The notes beneath the pieces are model-generated. The model was not told the DNA's origin. It saw only the letters and a list, made by a program, of their open reading frames with translations, and did not search any database. From Octopus bimaculoides (Eukaryota), in the NCBI RefSeq assembly GCF_001194135.2, contig NC_068992.1, forward strand, positions 4,390,216 through 4,454,215: DNA of 64,000 nucleotides, given 5' to 3'. Made by a program: the position numbers and the translations under genes. Below, piece after piece: positions 13,109 to 25,022 of this stretch (positions are counted from its first letter, which is position 1; each line of letters starts with the position of its first letter).

Positions 13109-13511
13109 GTTCATGTGTATGTTCAAGTGTGTGTATACATACGCACATAAATACATACATACGTATATACTATGTAATCACACGTACCTGACGCCCAGGC
13201 GCCTGCAGCTGAAGTGGCGCCATGCTCAGATAAAAAGCAAAATAAACATTTTTATAATAGAAAATGAGAAATAAAATGAATTAATAAAAAAATTAGAAAG
13301 TCCTGCTAAATAAAACCTATTTCAATCTAATATAAGATATCACATACCTTCGCGTACTGTCGCATACGTCTGTCGAATTATCATATATCGAATACATATA
13401 TGATGTATATCGAATACATGAAAGCGCACGTACGCACGCACACGCACACACACACACACGAACACAGAAAATATTTACTCGTTTCTCTCATGGTTGAGCT
13501 ACACATACATG

Positions 13512-13545
<34 letters not shown>

Positions 13546-14015
13546 CATACATATGTATATATAAATAAGGGTCTGTTCACCTGAATGCTCCCGCGACATT
13601 CAAAAACGTACATAAAGTGAGCAAGTTAAAATTTTCAATTTAAATAAAGTATTATTAGCATTATTAAATATACTAATAATATCAAAGTGGCCAGCAAACT
13701 TAATCTTAATAGACAAAATATATAAAAATAAATGAGAGTACTGAAATACGAACCAGCTTGCTAGAAATAGGAGACAGCACTCGAAAGATACAATCTCTCA
13801 CTCTAAGTAAACATGCACGGTTAATGGCGGGGAATATAAGAAAAATAGACCTTACATTTGCAAAAACTACAAAGTAAAGAACAGGTATATTGGCATCAAT
13901 TTAATTCATCTTTTGTGCGTTAGCACTTGTGATCGACTGCCAAGTTTACTGTACCTCTTGTTTATCCTCAATTTAATCCATTTATTTTCAAAACAGCGAA
14001 GCGGAAGAGCTGCAA

Positions 14016-14245
14016 AATCTTTCTATTGAATTATATCTCTTAGAGGCACAAGGTCTGAAACATCGAGGACAGGTTAATCGATCGCATTGATCAACGTATT
14101 TTTGCACGTATTTCATGTTATCGTATCGAAAAGACGAAAATCCAAGCCGGTGCGGCTGGATTGGAGCTTCGCACATAAAAAACCCAGAAGAAATGTCGCT
14201 GAATATTTCAACCGACGCGCTAAAGGTATTGCGAGATCGTCGCCT
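14016..14245 (-). mobile_element. Highly diverged full-length SINE family A copy
   Basis: Colinear landmarks: ggcacaagg.ctgaaa, aatcgat, ttatcg..cgaaaag, gaaatgtcgctgaatatttc, cgcgctaa, cgtcgcct. Confidence 0.6.
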
Positions 14246-15222
14246 CAAGCTTTATATAGAATGCTTGTACATGTTCCGACCCTTGGTGCTCTGGCTCCAT
14301 ATCCCGCCGAGGTGAAATATGCATTGTTTAGTAGTGAATAGAAACGTACCATACCAGAGTAGTGTATTAATGAAACTGCTAGAGGGATGGATAAGGTGCC
14401 TGGGGGATTCTAGGCCCGATTAACGTCAATGGCACTGGTGCTAAGCGATATCGGCCTAAGTCGGCGGCTTTTCCTTTTGGTTAAATACATGTGATACGCC
14501 GTGGGATGACATGAATCCATGGTTAAACGCCGGTATTACTACATATATCCATTCCATGCTTTCACATACATGTGCAGATACGTAGCAGACCTTGTCCGAT
14601 GGATAACCTACACTGGTATTTTAAATCTGTCAGTTGGGTATTCATCATTGTCAATCCAATAATATGATTTTGAATATTTTCATAATTTAGAACTGTGTTT
14701 TTAGACGTGGTAAAAGCATCAACACTTCACACAGAACATGGGTTCTATAAATGCTATATACATTACTTTTTATATCAATTAATATTCCACAGAGTCGCAA
14801 GTGGTCTTATACTGCATCGAAACAAGAATGCCTTGTTTGAGAAAAACAATCCTTTAACATTAGAAGAATAGAAGTGGGTCTAAAAATGGTCTCAGTCTCT
14901 ATTATGAGCTGAACTCATAACAACACTACCAAACAGATGATTACGAGTACACGTTCACAAAGTTAGGTTCTCTGTACTCGATTTTGATAATGGAGTACAT
15001 ATCTGCGTACATTCACATGTATTTATGTGTACGCATATACGTACGAACGTATGTACGTATTTTTGTAGGTATGTAGTATGCATGCATGCATTTATGTATG
15101 TATATATGTACGTATGTAAGTACGTATGCGTGTGTACGTGTATATGTATGCATCTATAAATGTACTTGCGTGAGAATATCTAAACGTATACACATGGTTG
15201 TGTTTGTATTGGCGTGTTTGTG

Positions 15223-15261
<39 letters not shown>

Positions 15262-16107
15262 GTCATGTACCCAGTAACGTATCTATATGTACATGTGGAT
15301 GAAGGTATATACATACATGTACATATATATGCATATACTCATATATTGTTTATATATATATATATATATATATTGTTTATANNNNNNNNNNNNNNNNNNN
15401 NNNNNNNNNNNNNNNNNNNNNNNNNNNNNNNNNNNNNNNNNNNNNNNNNNNNNNNNNNNNNNNNNNNNNNNNNNNNNNNNNNNNNNNNNNNNNNNNNNNN
15501 NNNNNNNNNNNNNNNNNNNNNNNNNNNNNNNNNNNNNNNNNNNNNNNNNNNNNNNNNNNNNNNNNNNNNNNNNNNNNNNNNNNNNNNNNNNNNNNNNNNN
15601 NNNNNNNNNNNNNNNNNNNNNNNNNNNNNNNNNNNNNNNNNNNNNNNNNNNNNNNNNNNNNNNNNNATATATACACATACAAACACACTGTCTGTCTGTC
15701 TGTCTATCTGTTCATGTCCCTCATCATTGTTTACCTCCATCTCTAGGCATTTTCTGTGTTTTCTTTTATTCATTTCTTCTGGTATTTTTTCATTCTTCTA
15801 CTTCCATCTCTCTCTTTCTGTCTCATAGGCAATTTTTCATCCACTGAGCAAATCAGTCTTATTTTTCTCTTTCACCTTGTGACATAGTTTCTTCTTGTTT
15901 GTTTCTATTGTGTTTCTGTATATATCTCTTCTCTCACAGATACTCAAACTTCGACTGTAGCAATATTTAATTCAATTGTTCTTCTTTCATCCTTTATTTC
16001 GTCCTTTCTTGTCCTTCACATCTTTTTTTATTTATCGTACTTTGATTGCTGCTATTTATCTGTCTCTCTCGCTGTGTATCCGAACGTCTGCCTGTCTACC
16101 TGCCTGC

Positions 16108-16148
<41 letters not shown>

Positions 16149-17679
16149 NNNNNNNNNNTGTGTGTGTGAGTGTGTGTGTGTGAGTGTGTGTGTGTGAGTG
16201 TGTGTGCGTGTGTATATTTCCATGTATATATATATGATGCACCTATATGTATTTGTGTGTGTGTATGTATGGATGTACGCATGTATGTAGGTATGTATGT
16301 ATGTATGTATATACGTATGTATGTTGGTACCTATTTATCTATCCATTATCTCATAACCATCGTTTTCAATCTAAATTTCTTTTCACCTGTAACTCCCCAC
16401 CTTTCAATTAATATGACATTCTTTTCTTTCTCAACCATCCTCCCCCTGCATCTCTCTACTACTTGCGCTCAATCATCTTACAACACCGCTTTTCACTTTA
16501 GTACAAATACAAATGTGATACGTTAAAAAAAAAAACCAAGTAAATAAACATATCAGTAAATAAAAAAAAAAGAAATTCTCAAAAAATCCAAAAAGAAACA
16601 ACAGTTTATTCTCGAATGTTCCTGGAAGCAACTATATTAGTTGAAAGACACCATACCATATCCTTGTTTTGAAATTATACTATTTCTTTTCCTTCTTATT
16701 TAGTATTGCACTAGTTTATGCCTAAACTATGCCAACGTTTCTGGAGACTACGACAAGGAGACGGACGTAGTTGTAAATGCGCATGCGCACTTCTATTAGT
16801 TTGTGACAGTATTTATTTTTCTATATATGTATATACATGTATATTTACACATACATGCATAATGAAAGTAAGAAAATGTTTAAGGAACAGGAGGTTATAA
16901 AATGAACATCCTTTTGCTTACAGCTGTTTCTTCGATCGCTTTATAGTAAAGCTTTCATTTTTAGGCAAAGAGAAACACCTAATTTCGAAAGTGATAAACC
17001 ATTGAATGTTAGGTATAAAAAATGCCAGCGTATTACTGGTGGGCCCTTGGGTTGAGTTTTCCCTGTAGATTTCCCTCCAACAATTTCTATAAAAGACGTT
17101 TCATTTATGTTTAACGACTAATCAGTTTGTACAAATTTTCTGTCATAATTACCATAGCCTTCAAAGCAGAGCACTCTGAGAAGTAATGAAATAAACTAAT
17201 TCAATAACACGAAGTAGATTCATTAGCATGTAATGTATTAATAGAATTAAATGTGTTATTTTTGAATCAAGAGAGAAGATCCTTAATTAATTACTACTTA
17301 TACCACTTACATATCAATGCGACTACTTCTAAGGCACCACAATGTGTGCTGGCTTGTGTACAAATATAGTTTCTTATTTCTCCATTGTTATTTAAAACGG
17401 CTGACACCAACTATTTGCTTCGATTTCTTTACAATCGTCGAGTAGAGATAAAATAATATAAATTGTTTTTTTTTTTACATATGTATAACAGGGTGAAATT
17501 TTTATCTCAAACGTGATTGGAGGAAAAAGCAGAATTTAGAGAGAAATGTTAACGAGCAACAAATATGGACGGTTAAGAAAAAAGGAACAGATTTTTTCAA
17601 GAAATGTGGCACCTGTGAGTGTAATGTCTGAACTACAACATAGCCAATAGCATCTACATTAACAACATCACAAGCTTCC

Positions 17680-17721
17680 TCCTCCACCTCCTCCTCCTTC
17701 TCCTTCTCTTCCACTTCCGCC

Positions 17722-17755
<34 letters not shown>

Positions 17756-17803
17756 TTCTCCTCCTCCTCCTCCTCCTCCTCCTCCTCATTTCTTCTTCTT
17801 CTT

Positions 17804-17834
<31 letters not shown>

Positions 17835-17865
17835 TCCTCATCCGCCTCTTTTTCTTCTTCTTGTG
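17680..17865. repeat. Compound (TCC)n(TCA)n(TTC)n tract
   Basis: Directly visible; source of the poly-R/D/E ORF 17502-17789. Confidence 0.92.
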
Positions 17866-17908
17866 AAGAATTATCCAATTAAACATACACACATGCATAC
17901 ATATCCTT

Positions 17909-18140
17909 TTAATCTTTTACTCTTTTACAAGTTTCAGCACTAAGGCTGTGGCCATGCTGGAGCACACACAAACTTAGAGGCGTGGTTGTATGGTAAGAAG
18001 TTTGCTTCCTGACTTCATGGTTCTGGGTTCAGACCTACTGCCTGGTACTTTCAACAGAAAAATCTTCTATTATAGCGTCCGGAGGACCAACTACTTATGA
18101 GTGGATTTGGTAGACGGTAACTGAAAGATGCCCATTGCAT
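17909..18140. mobile_element. SINE family B (CORE-like): minus-strand tail 17909-17966 and plus-strand head/core 17976-18140
   Basis: ggccatgctggagcac tail; A box tggttgtatggtaag, B box gggttcagacc, core gagtggatttggtagacggtaactgaaag. Confidence 0.75.
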
Positions 18141-18204
18141 ATATACATGTGTGTGTATGTGTGTGTCTGTGCGTGTATGCTCGCGCGCGTGTGTTATCCA
18201 TTTC

Positions 18205-18450
18205 GTTTAACCCGGGTCATCGCTAATTGAGGAAATCTACAGTGTAAGTCATTCGAGCTCTGATCATTTCTGTCACCACCATATTTTCAGGCGTATTATA
18301 AATAGGATTATGTTTTCCTAAATGCTATTCTTTTCGATAAAATTTGGATCCATTACCGTCCAATTTCTCCTACAGACAGGAAACACATTTAGTCACATAA
18401 CCTAATATGGAAGGAGGATTTATGGAGAATTGGCTACTATCGGTTCTTGA
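18205..18450 (-). mobile_element. Diverged repeat of a possible third short-element family; related pieces near 32830-33000, 48420-48590 and 59887-59945
   Basis: Weak similarity among pieces (gtttaacccgggtca / gtttagcactagtca..gacctatgatcaaa; aatagcaaaatctcc..cacaccc); family assignment is from recall. Confidence 0.3.
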
Positions 18451-19199
18451 TACCATTCTGTACACATAGACTCGTTATATTTCATTAGCTAGATATCATG
18501 TAGTTGATAAGGGCAAGTATAACTTCTGAGATAGAGGGTGGCAAATATTAATATTTTCAAGGGTATTTTGTAGCTGGACGTAGGAAGCTATCACCCATGA
18601 CACGCGAAGACTTCCGGTGAGGATAAGGAAGCGAAGAAGAAACCACGACTGATTGGCTGCTGAAGGTATGAATTTATCCTCAGACCAAAATATCTACTAT
18701 GATAACCATACCAACGTAGACACTGCCTAAAACACCTAGGAGACAAGTGATACTATTGAACTCGAAAACAGATTTCGACTGATTGGTACGGTTGGTTTAA
18801 AAGAGCAAGCGTAGATTTAATAGGAAGGGAAGAACTACAAATACGAGAGACAGCACACATATGTGGACTTGTGGTTCGAACAGATTAGTAAGTAGATCAT
18901 TTTTCAATACGTAAGACTGACATTGTGGCGAGCGGAGTGTGGATGGTGTTCGATCGTATGGTTTGTTTGTGTCAATAACTGTTGCTTTTATTGTAAAAGA
19001 TTTGCTAAATTATATTTCTTTCATTTCTAGGCAAGTGTACAACTGATAAAATATTTGCATATATTAAATAACAAAGCGAAGGAAATAAAGGGACCGATAA
19101 TAATAATAAAAAAGATGGTTTGTCGTCTTTATTGTTTCAATATCTTTTCATTCCTGGTAGTCTTTGCAAAAGTTGTCATTTCATATTTCCAGCAATAAT

Positions 19200-19370
19200 G
19201 GCGGCAAGTTAGCAGAATCAATCATTAAATGTATTAAACCATAGACCATTCTTCTTTCTATGTATTGAATTCAAATCCCCGCTGGTAAAGACTTTCACTG
19301 TCACTTCTCACCGCACCACACATAGTACGGTCGTTAAAATAAGAAATATTGGTAGTCGATTTTATCGACC
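19200..19370 (+). mobile_element. Diverged SINE family A
   Basis: Head ggcggcaagttagcagaatc, B box gaattcaaatccc. Confidence 0.6.
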
Positions 19371-19695
19371 GCACTCACATACTAGAATGTTTTTTTTTTC
19401 AAATGTCAAGGGTTCGTGTGTTTAGCGGAAGGATACATACATACATACGTAGATACGTGTGTCTCAGTACATAGATATATATATGTACAAACACACATAT
19501 ATACATATAACCATGTGTGTATGTTTATGTTTGTAAGGTAGGTGGTTATAAGCATAAAAGCACCAATCATCAAGTGAATTAAAATATTCATAACGATATA
19601 GAGTCTGATAATTATAATTTTTATTGATAGTGACTTCGAAGTTTCCACAGAAATTGTTATGTATGTATGTATGTATGTATGTATGTATATGTGTA

Positions 19696-19744
<49 letters not shown>

Positions 19745-19850
19745 AACATAATTAAGGGATCAGCAAACATTTGCTTCACCACATACCGAAGTTCAGAAAT
19801 AGCAGCTCATAGTAATTTAATAAATTGATAAACCTTTACCCTTTTAATTT

Positions 19851-19888
<38 letters not shown>

Positions 19889-19889
19889 A

Positions 19890-20180
19890 CTTGAAGGATT
19901 TTAGCAAACAAATCGACCCCTGTAATTACTCAGTTTCTTTTGCGAATCTCTAAGTTGCTAAGCGGTAAACAAACCAGCTCTGTCTATTAAACAGAGGTGG
20001 GCGAGCAGAAACGCAGACAGGTGCGCGCATACAGACGCACACATTATATGTATACATATACGACGGGCTTCTTTCAGTTTCCGTCTTCCAAACCCTTACA
20101 AGGTTTGGTCGAGCCTACGCAGATGGTGTGAAGTCAGAACCATGTTATTGAGAAGCAAACTTCTTATCGCACAGCCATAC
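19890..20180 (-). mobile_element. SINE family B
   Basis: tacgacgggcttctttcagtttccgtc...agaagcaaacttcttatcgcacagccat. Confidence 0.8.
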
Positions 20181-20329
20181 AAGCGCACAGATACATTTGC
20201 CCAAAACAAATGCTACACTGCATCTTCCGACGATCAAACTAATTTAAACCTTGGTGAGGAAAGAGGTTGGATGGTGATATTAATATGTCACTTAAGGAAT
20301 CGAACAGAATAAATACTTGGCGCCAAGAG

Positions 20330-20940
20330 TAATGAAAGAACATGATGGAGAGGCAGAAAACACTGCGAAAACGATAAATAGGATGACAATGAAATGAATG
20401 AAGCCATGAATAGACGAAATTTTGTAAGGTAAATCAGGTTAAAAGGTTTTTTACATAGCAAATGCAATTTAAAGAAAATCAAATATTTTACCCCACTCAA
20501 AAACTATTCTTTCGAAATTTCCTCGGCGAAGGCGGCGTCGCTGTTTCACAAATCTAAAAGAAGCTATTAAGCTTTTGAGCAACATTTGGTTAATTCCGAC
20601 TAATACACAAGTGAGATTAATTGATTAAAAAAAGTTGGAAATGCAATGGAAAAGACCAGCCTTAAAGCAAGTAGAAATAAAAGTGAGAAAAGGGGGGAAG
20701 TAATTAAGAAAGATGTCTAATTGGGAGACACCTAGTTCTGATGAGATGGAGTATTTCTAGCTTGAGAGTCATTCCAATTTACAAGAAAAAATGCGGCATG
20801 ATGGAAGAGTACCCAAAAGATGGATGAGAGAACGACACTTTTGATTGAATGATAATTACAAAGCAACAGTTGTTGAGAAATTATCATCCTGTAAAATGTT
20901 TAAATGTGCTTTGGAAACTTTTAACGTGTCTGCTACTGAA
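20330..20940 (+). mobile_element. Degenerate R4/Dong-like RT-region fragment
   Basis: Manual translation: KENQIFYPTQKLFFRNFLGE; a frameshifted FWSNIW; RKMSNWETPSSDEM; GRVPKRWM; NYHPVKCLNVLWKLLT (compare NWKAPGPD and NYRPITCL...WKLLT). Confidence 0.7.
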
Positions 20941-21030
20941 CAAACATAATAACGATTTATACTAAATTATCTTTTTCCTGTGGCATAAAGTAGACTGAGG
21001 AAGGGTCACACTGACCAGAAATGTTGTAAT

Positions 21031-21481
21031 TGTTTTCAAATTTTGGCACAAGGCCAGCAATTTCGAAGAAAAGGGTAAATCGATTTGATCGACCCCAAGT
21101 ACCCAACTGGTATTTCATTTATCGACACCAGAAGGTTAAAAACAAAGCCGACCTCAGCGGAATTTCATTTCCGAATGTGAAAACGGACGAAATGCCGGTA
21201 AGCATTTTACTCGGTATGCTAATAATTATTCTGCCAGCTCGTGTCCTAAATTTAATCATAATTAATGCTTTCAAATGTTGACACAAGGGCAAGAATCTCT
21301 GGGGACGGGCTAAGTCGATGAAATCGACCCCAGTGCTCAACTGGCACTTAATTTATCGACCCCCGAAAGGTTAAAAGGCAAAGTCGACTTCACCGGTATT
21401 TGATCTCAGAACGTGAAGACGGACGAAATACCGCTAAGCATGTTATCCGGGGGCTAATAATCATTCTACCTGCCCGACGCC
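21031..21481 (-). mobile_element. Two tandem SINE family A copies (21031-21242, 21265-21481)
   Basis: Both are full length, with core atttatcgac.cc.gaa.gg..aaa..caaag.cgac and head ctgcc..c.cg. Confidence 0.88.
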
Positions 21482-22569
21482 TTAAATGATTCTAGTAATT
21501 GATTGTACGTCAGGGGTAGATTTAAATGCAGAGCTCTAATCTTGTGCCTCGACCACCACTAGTAATGTGCGTGATGACGATGTTTGTCATTGCTGAAAGT
21601 GTTATCAACACCTTAACATTTAGCAAGTAAAAGAAATTTATGTTGGTTATAAAAATGCTGGGTCTGTCCACATTATTTATAGTTTTTACAAGATTATTCT
21701 TTTACTACGATATTATTTGTGTTATTCTCGATGCATTCGTCAAGAATAATACATGCGACTGGGATTGACTACGACTCAGAAAGGAAGTTCCATTGATTAA
21801 GCATGTATTTATAAAACGGTTTACTCAGTCATAAAATAAAACCGATATACTTGTAAAGACTATGCTAGAGTTGCCAGGATGTCGTGATGCTAAACGTCAT
21901 TCCATAGGAATGGGGTTTAGCGTTTCACATGTATGATTTAGTTAGTGTGAAAAGAGGTAACAGAAAGGGAGGAAGAGAATGTGTGTAAGAGAAAGAGAGA
22001 GAAAGTAAGATAGAAAGAGAGGGAGAGTGTGTGAGTAAGTGAGAGAGAGAGAGAGAGAGATGCAGCTGCATGCATTTGCCATGTAGAGAGATTATTGGTG
22101 ATCCTCAAAAGTTTGGCTACAAATATCTAGGATAAAAAAATGAAAAGAAAATTCCAGACAAAGAAGCTGCTGCAGTCGATTTCAATGGAGAATGGACTTG
22201 GGCCTCGTCGACTAAATCCTAAAATTCCCATTTCTTTTTGTTGTGGGATATATCGAGTGTGCCCTCTCAGGCCACCATATATTCAACCATGACAATTGTT
22301 TTGAGATTCCTAGATAGTAGAAACATGTCTGGTTGGAGTGATGTATATGTAGATGAGTGTATTCGGATCAGTGAATCTGTGTGTTTGTATGTGTGTACGC
22401 GTGTGTATGTGCGTATGTACGTATGTCTATATATCACTGGACAGAACAGTACGCATTGATATTCAATATACATTTATATGCATACACAGTTTATGTTGAT
22501 GCAGTCACATCTAAAACGTGGATATATTTTCACACACAACTATATTACATCCGTGCATACACACTATTG

Positions 22570-22637
22570 TAATATTTATATATATATATACATATTTATA
22601 TATACATACATACATATATACACACACACATATATAT

Positions 22638-22730
<93 letters not shown>

Positions 22731-22855
22731 TACATATGTACACGTATATATACATATTCATACATACATATATGTATATATGTGTATATATGTATATATA
22801 TGTATATATATATGTGTGTGTATGTGTATGAGCGTGCGTGTATATATATATATAT

Positions 22856-22898
<43 letters not shown>

Positions 22899-22907
22899 TA
22901 GAGAGAA

Positions 22908-22950
<43 letters not shown>

Positions 22951-22960
22951 GAGGGAGATG
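22570..22960. repeat. Compound (TA)n/(GA)n microsatellite
   Basis: Directly visible. Confidence 0.93.
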
Positions 22961-24189
22961 AATGCACACTTATATTCTTATCAAATAAATTCAAATATAT
23001 ATTATGGGAATGCATACAAACATATACACACATAGAAAGACATACGCAGATATATAGGAATATATATACATAACACTGATAGAACCGTAGATGTTAGATA
23101 GACAGAATCACAATCTTCCAGTTACATACATATGTACGTACAGTTATACATACATACATACATACATACATAGATACATGCATACATACATACATGGATT
23201 CATGAATTTTTATATATACATATATGCATATATATATGCCTATATATACATGTATACATGGAAATTTATGTGTATATATGTATATAAATGTACATATGTG
23301 TATGTGTGTACGAGTTTGTGTGCGTGTGTNNNNNNNNNNNNNNNNNNNNNNNNNNNNNNNNNNNNNNNNNNNNNNNNNNNNNNNNNNNNNNNNNNNNNNN
23401 NNNNNNNNNNNNNNNNNNNNNNNNNNNNNNNNNNNNNNNNNNNNNNNNNNNNNNNNNNNNNNNNNNNNNNNNNNNNNNNNNNNNNNNNNNNNNNNNNNNN
23501 NNNNNNNNNNNNNNNNNNNNNNNNNNNNNNNNNNNNNNNNNNNNNNNNNNNNNNNNNNNNNNNNNNNNNNNNNNNNNNNNNNNNNNNNNNNNNNNNNNNN
23601 NNNNNNNNNATATATATATACATATAGTTACAAGAACTCATACGTCTGTTCCTGAGTGTGTACGTATCCGTCATTTTGTACGTGAATAAGTCGTTTCGTT
23701 TTTTTTCCCCATTATTTGTTTCATTTTATATGTATGTTTGTTTTGCTTTTCTTCTTCTTCTTCTTCTTCTTCCAATCTGTCATTAGTTCTCTGCCTTTCT
23801 GTCTCTACCTTTAACTATGTCTCTCTTTTTATTTCTCTCGCTCTGTGTCAATGTACGCTATAATGAAGTCTGTAAACAAACATCGTTAGCACGCTATCTG
23901 TTGCACACATCTGCAAGACTTGGCGCAAGACATTTGACAAGGGAAAGAACTGTGGTGGGCCTAATGTGAAAGCTCTACATTCTTCTGCAGCCGTTTGGCT
24001 TGTTTATTATAATAGGCTAAGAATGGAAGATTAAACATAAATAGGAGCAACGTTCAGACATGTACGCGGTGATAGACACTAAATCACGCAACACACACGC
24101 ACGCACACACGCACACACACACTACGCACGTGCACACACACAGACACACACACACATACACACGCACGTGCACACACACACACACACAC

Positions 24190-24232
<43 letters not shown>

Positions 24233-24433
24233 CTTACACACAGAATGGAGTCGGGATTTGACAAGAATTGTGTTGCCCATGATTTTAAATGTTCCTGATT
24301 ATATTTCTTCTAATTACTTTTATATAGCGTAACAATAGTTATTTAGCACAGGAATACACCGTGTAAATTAATGGCTGCACAAATATACATACATACATTC
24401 ATACATACATACATACATACATACATACATACC

Positions 24434-24473
<40 letters not shown>

Positions 24474-24619
24474 CATATATATATACCTAGCTAGATACAT
24501 ACATATATACATATATACATACGTATTGATAGGAATGGTATGAGAACAAAAGAATGAAAAAGACCTCGATATTATGTAAATAGAGGAATGAATCTGTAAA
24601 TATAATATGTGACTGAAGA

Positions 24620-24680
24620 GATAACTGAAGAGATGCCGGCGCGGGTTCCCGCCCTGACATCCGAAACTCGGAATCTTATC
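24620..24680 (+). ncRNA. Minimal type I hammerhead ribozyme fold (slightly decayed)
   Basis: Stem I GAUAA(24620-24)/UUAUC(24676-80); core CUGAAGA(24625-31); long stem II GAUG..GCGG-guuc-CCGC..CAUC with one extra C; GAAA(24663-66); imperfect stem III; AUC triplet, predicted cleavage after 24675. Confidence 0.62.
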
Positions 24681-24737
24681 ATAGCTACCGAATATTTATC
24701 ACATATTATATTTACAGATATATATATNNNNNNNNNN

Positions 24738-24919
24738 TCAAGAGTGGCTGTGTGGTAAGTAGCTCGCTTACCAACCACAAGGTTACGGGTTCAGTCCCAC
24801 TGCGTGGCAACTTGGGCAAGTGTCTTCTACTAAAGCTTCGGGCCAACCAAAGACTTGTGAGTAGATTTGGTAGACGGAAAATGAAAGTAGCCCGTCGTAT
24901 ATATGCATATATATATATG

Positions 24920-24953
<34 letters not shown>

Positions 24954-25022
24954 CGTGTGTGTTTGTCTCCTCCTCCCGCCATCGCTTGACAACCGATGCT
25001 GGTGTGTTTACGTTCCCGTAAA
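24738..25022 (+). mobile_element. SINE family B (tRNA head, CORE-like centre, internal microsatellite)
   Basis: A box tggctgtgtggtaag, B box gggttcagtccc, gcgtggcaacttgggcaagtgtcttctac, internal (TA)/(TG), then cgccatcgcttgacaaccgatgctggtgtg. Confidence 0.9.
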
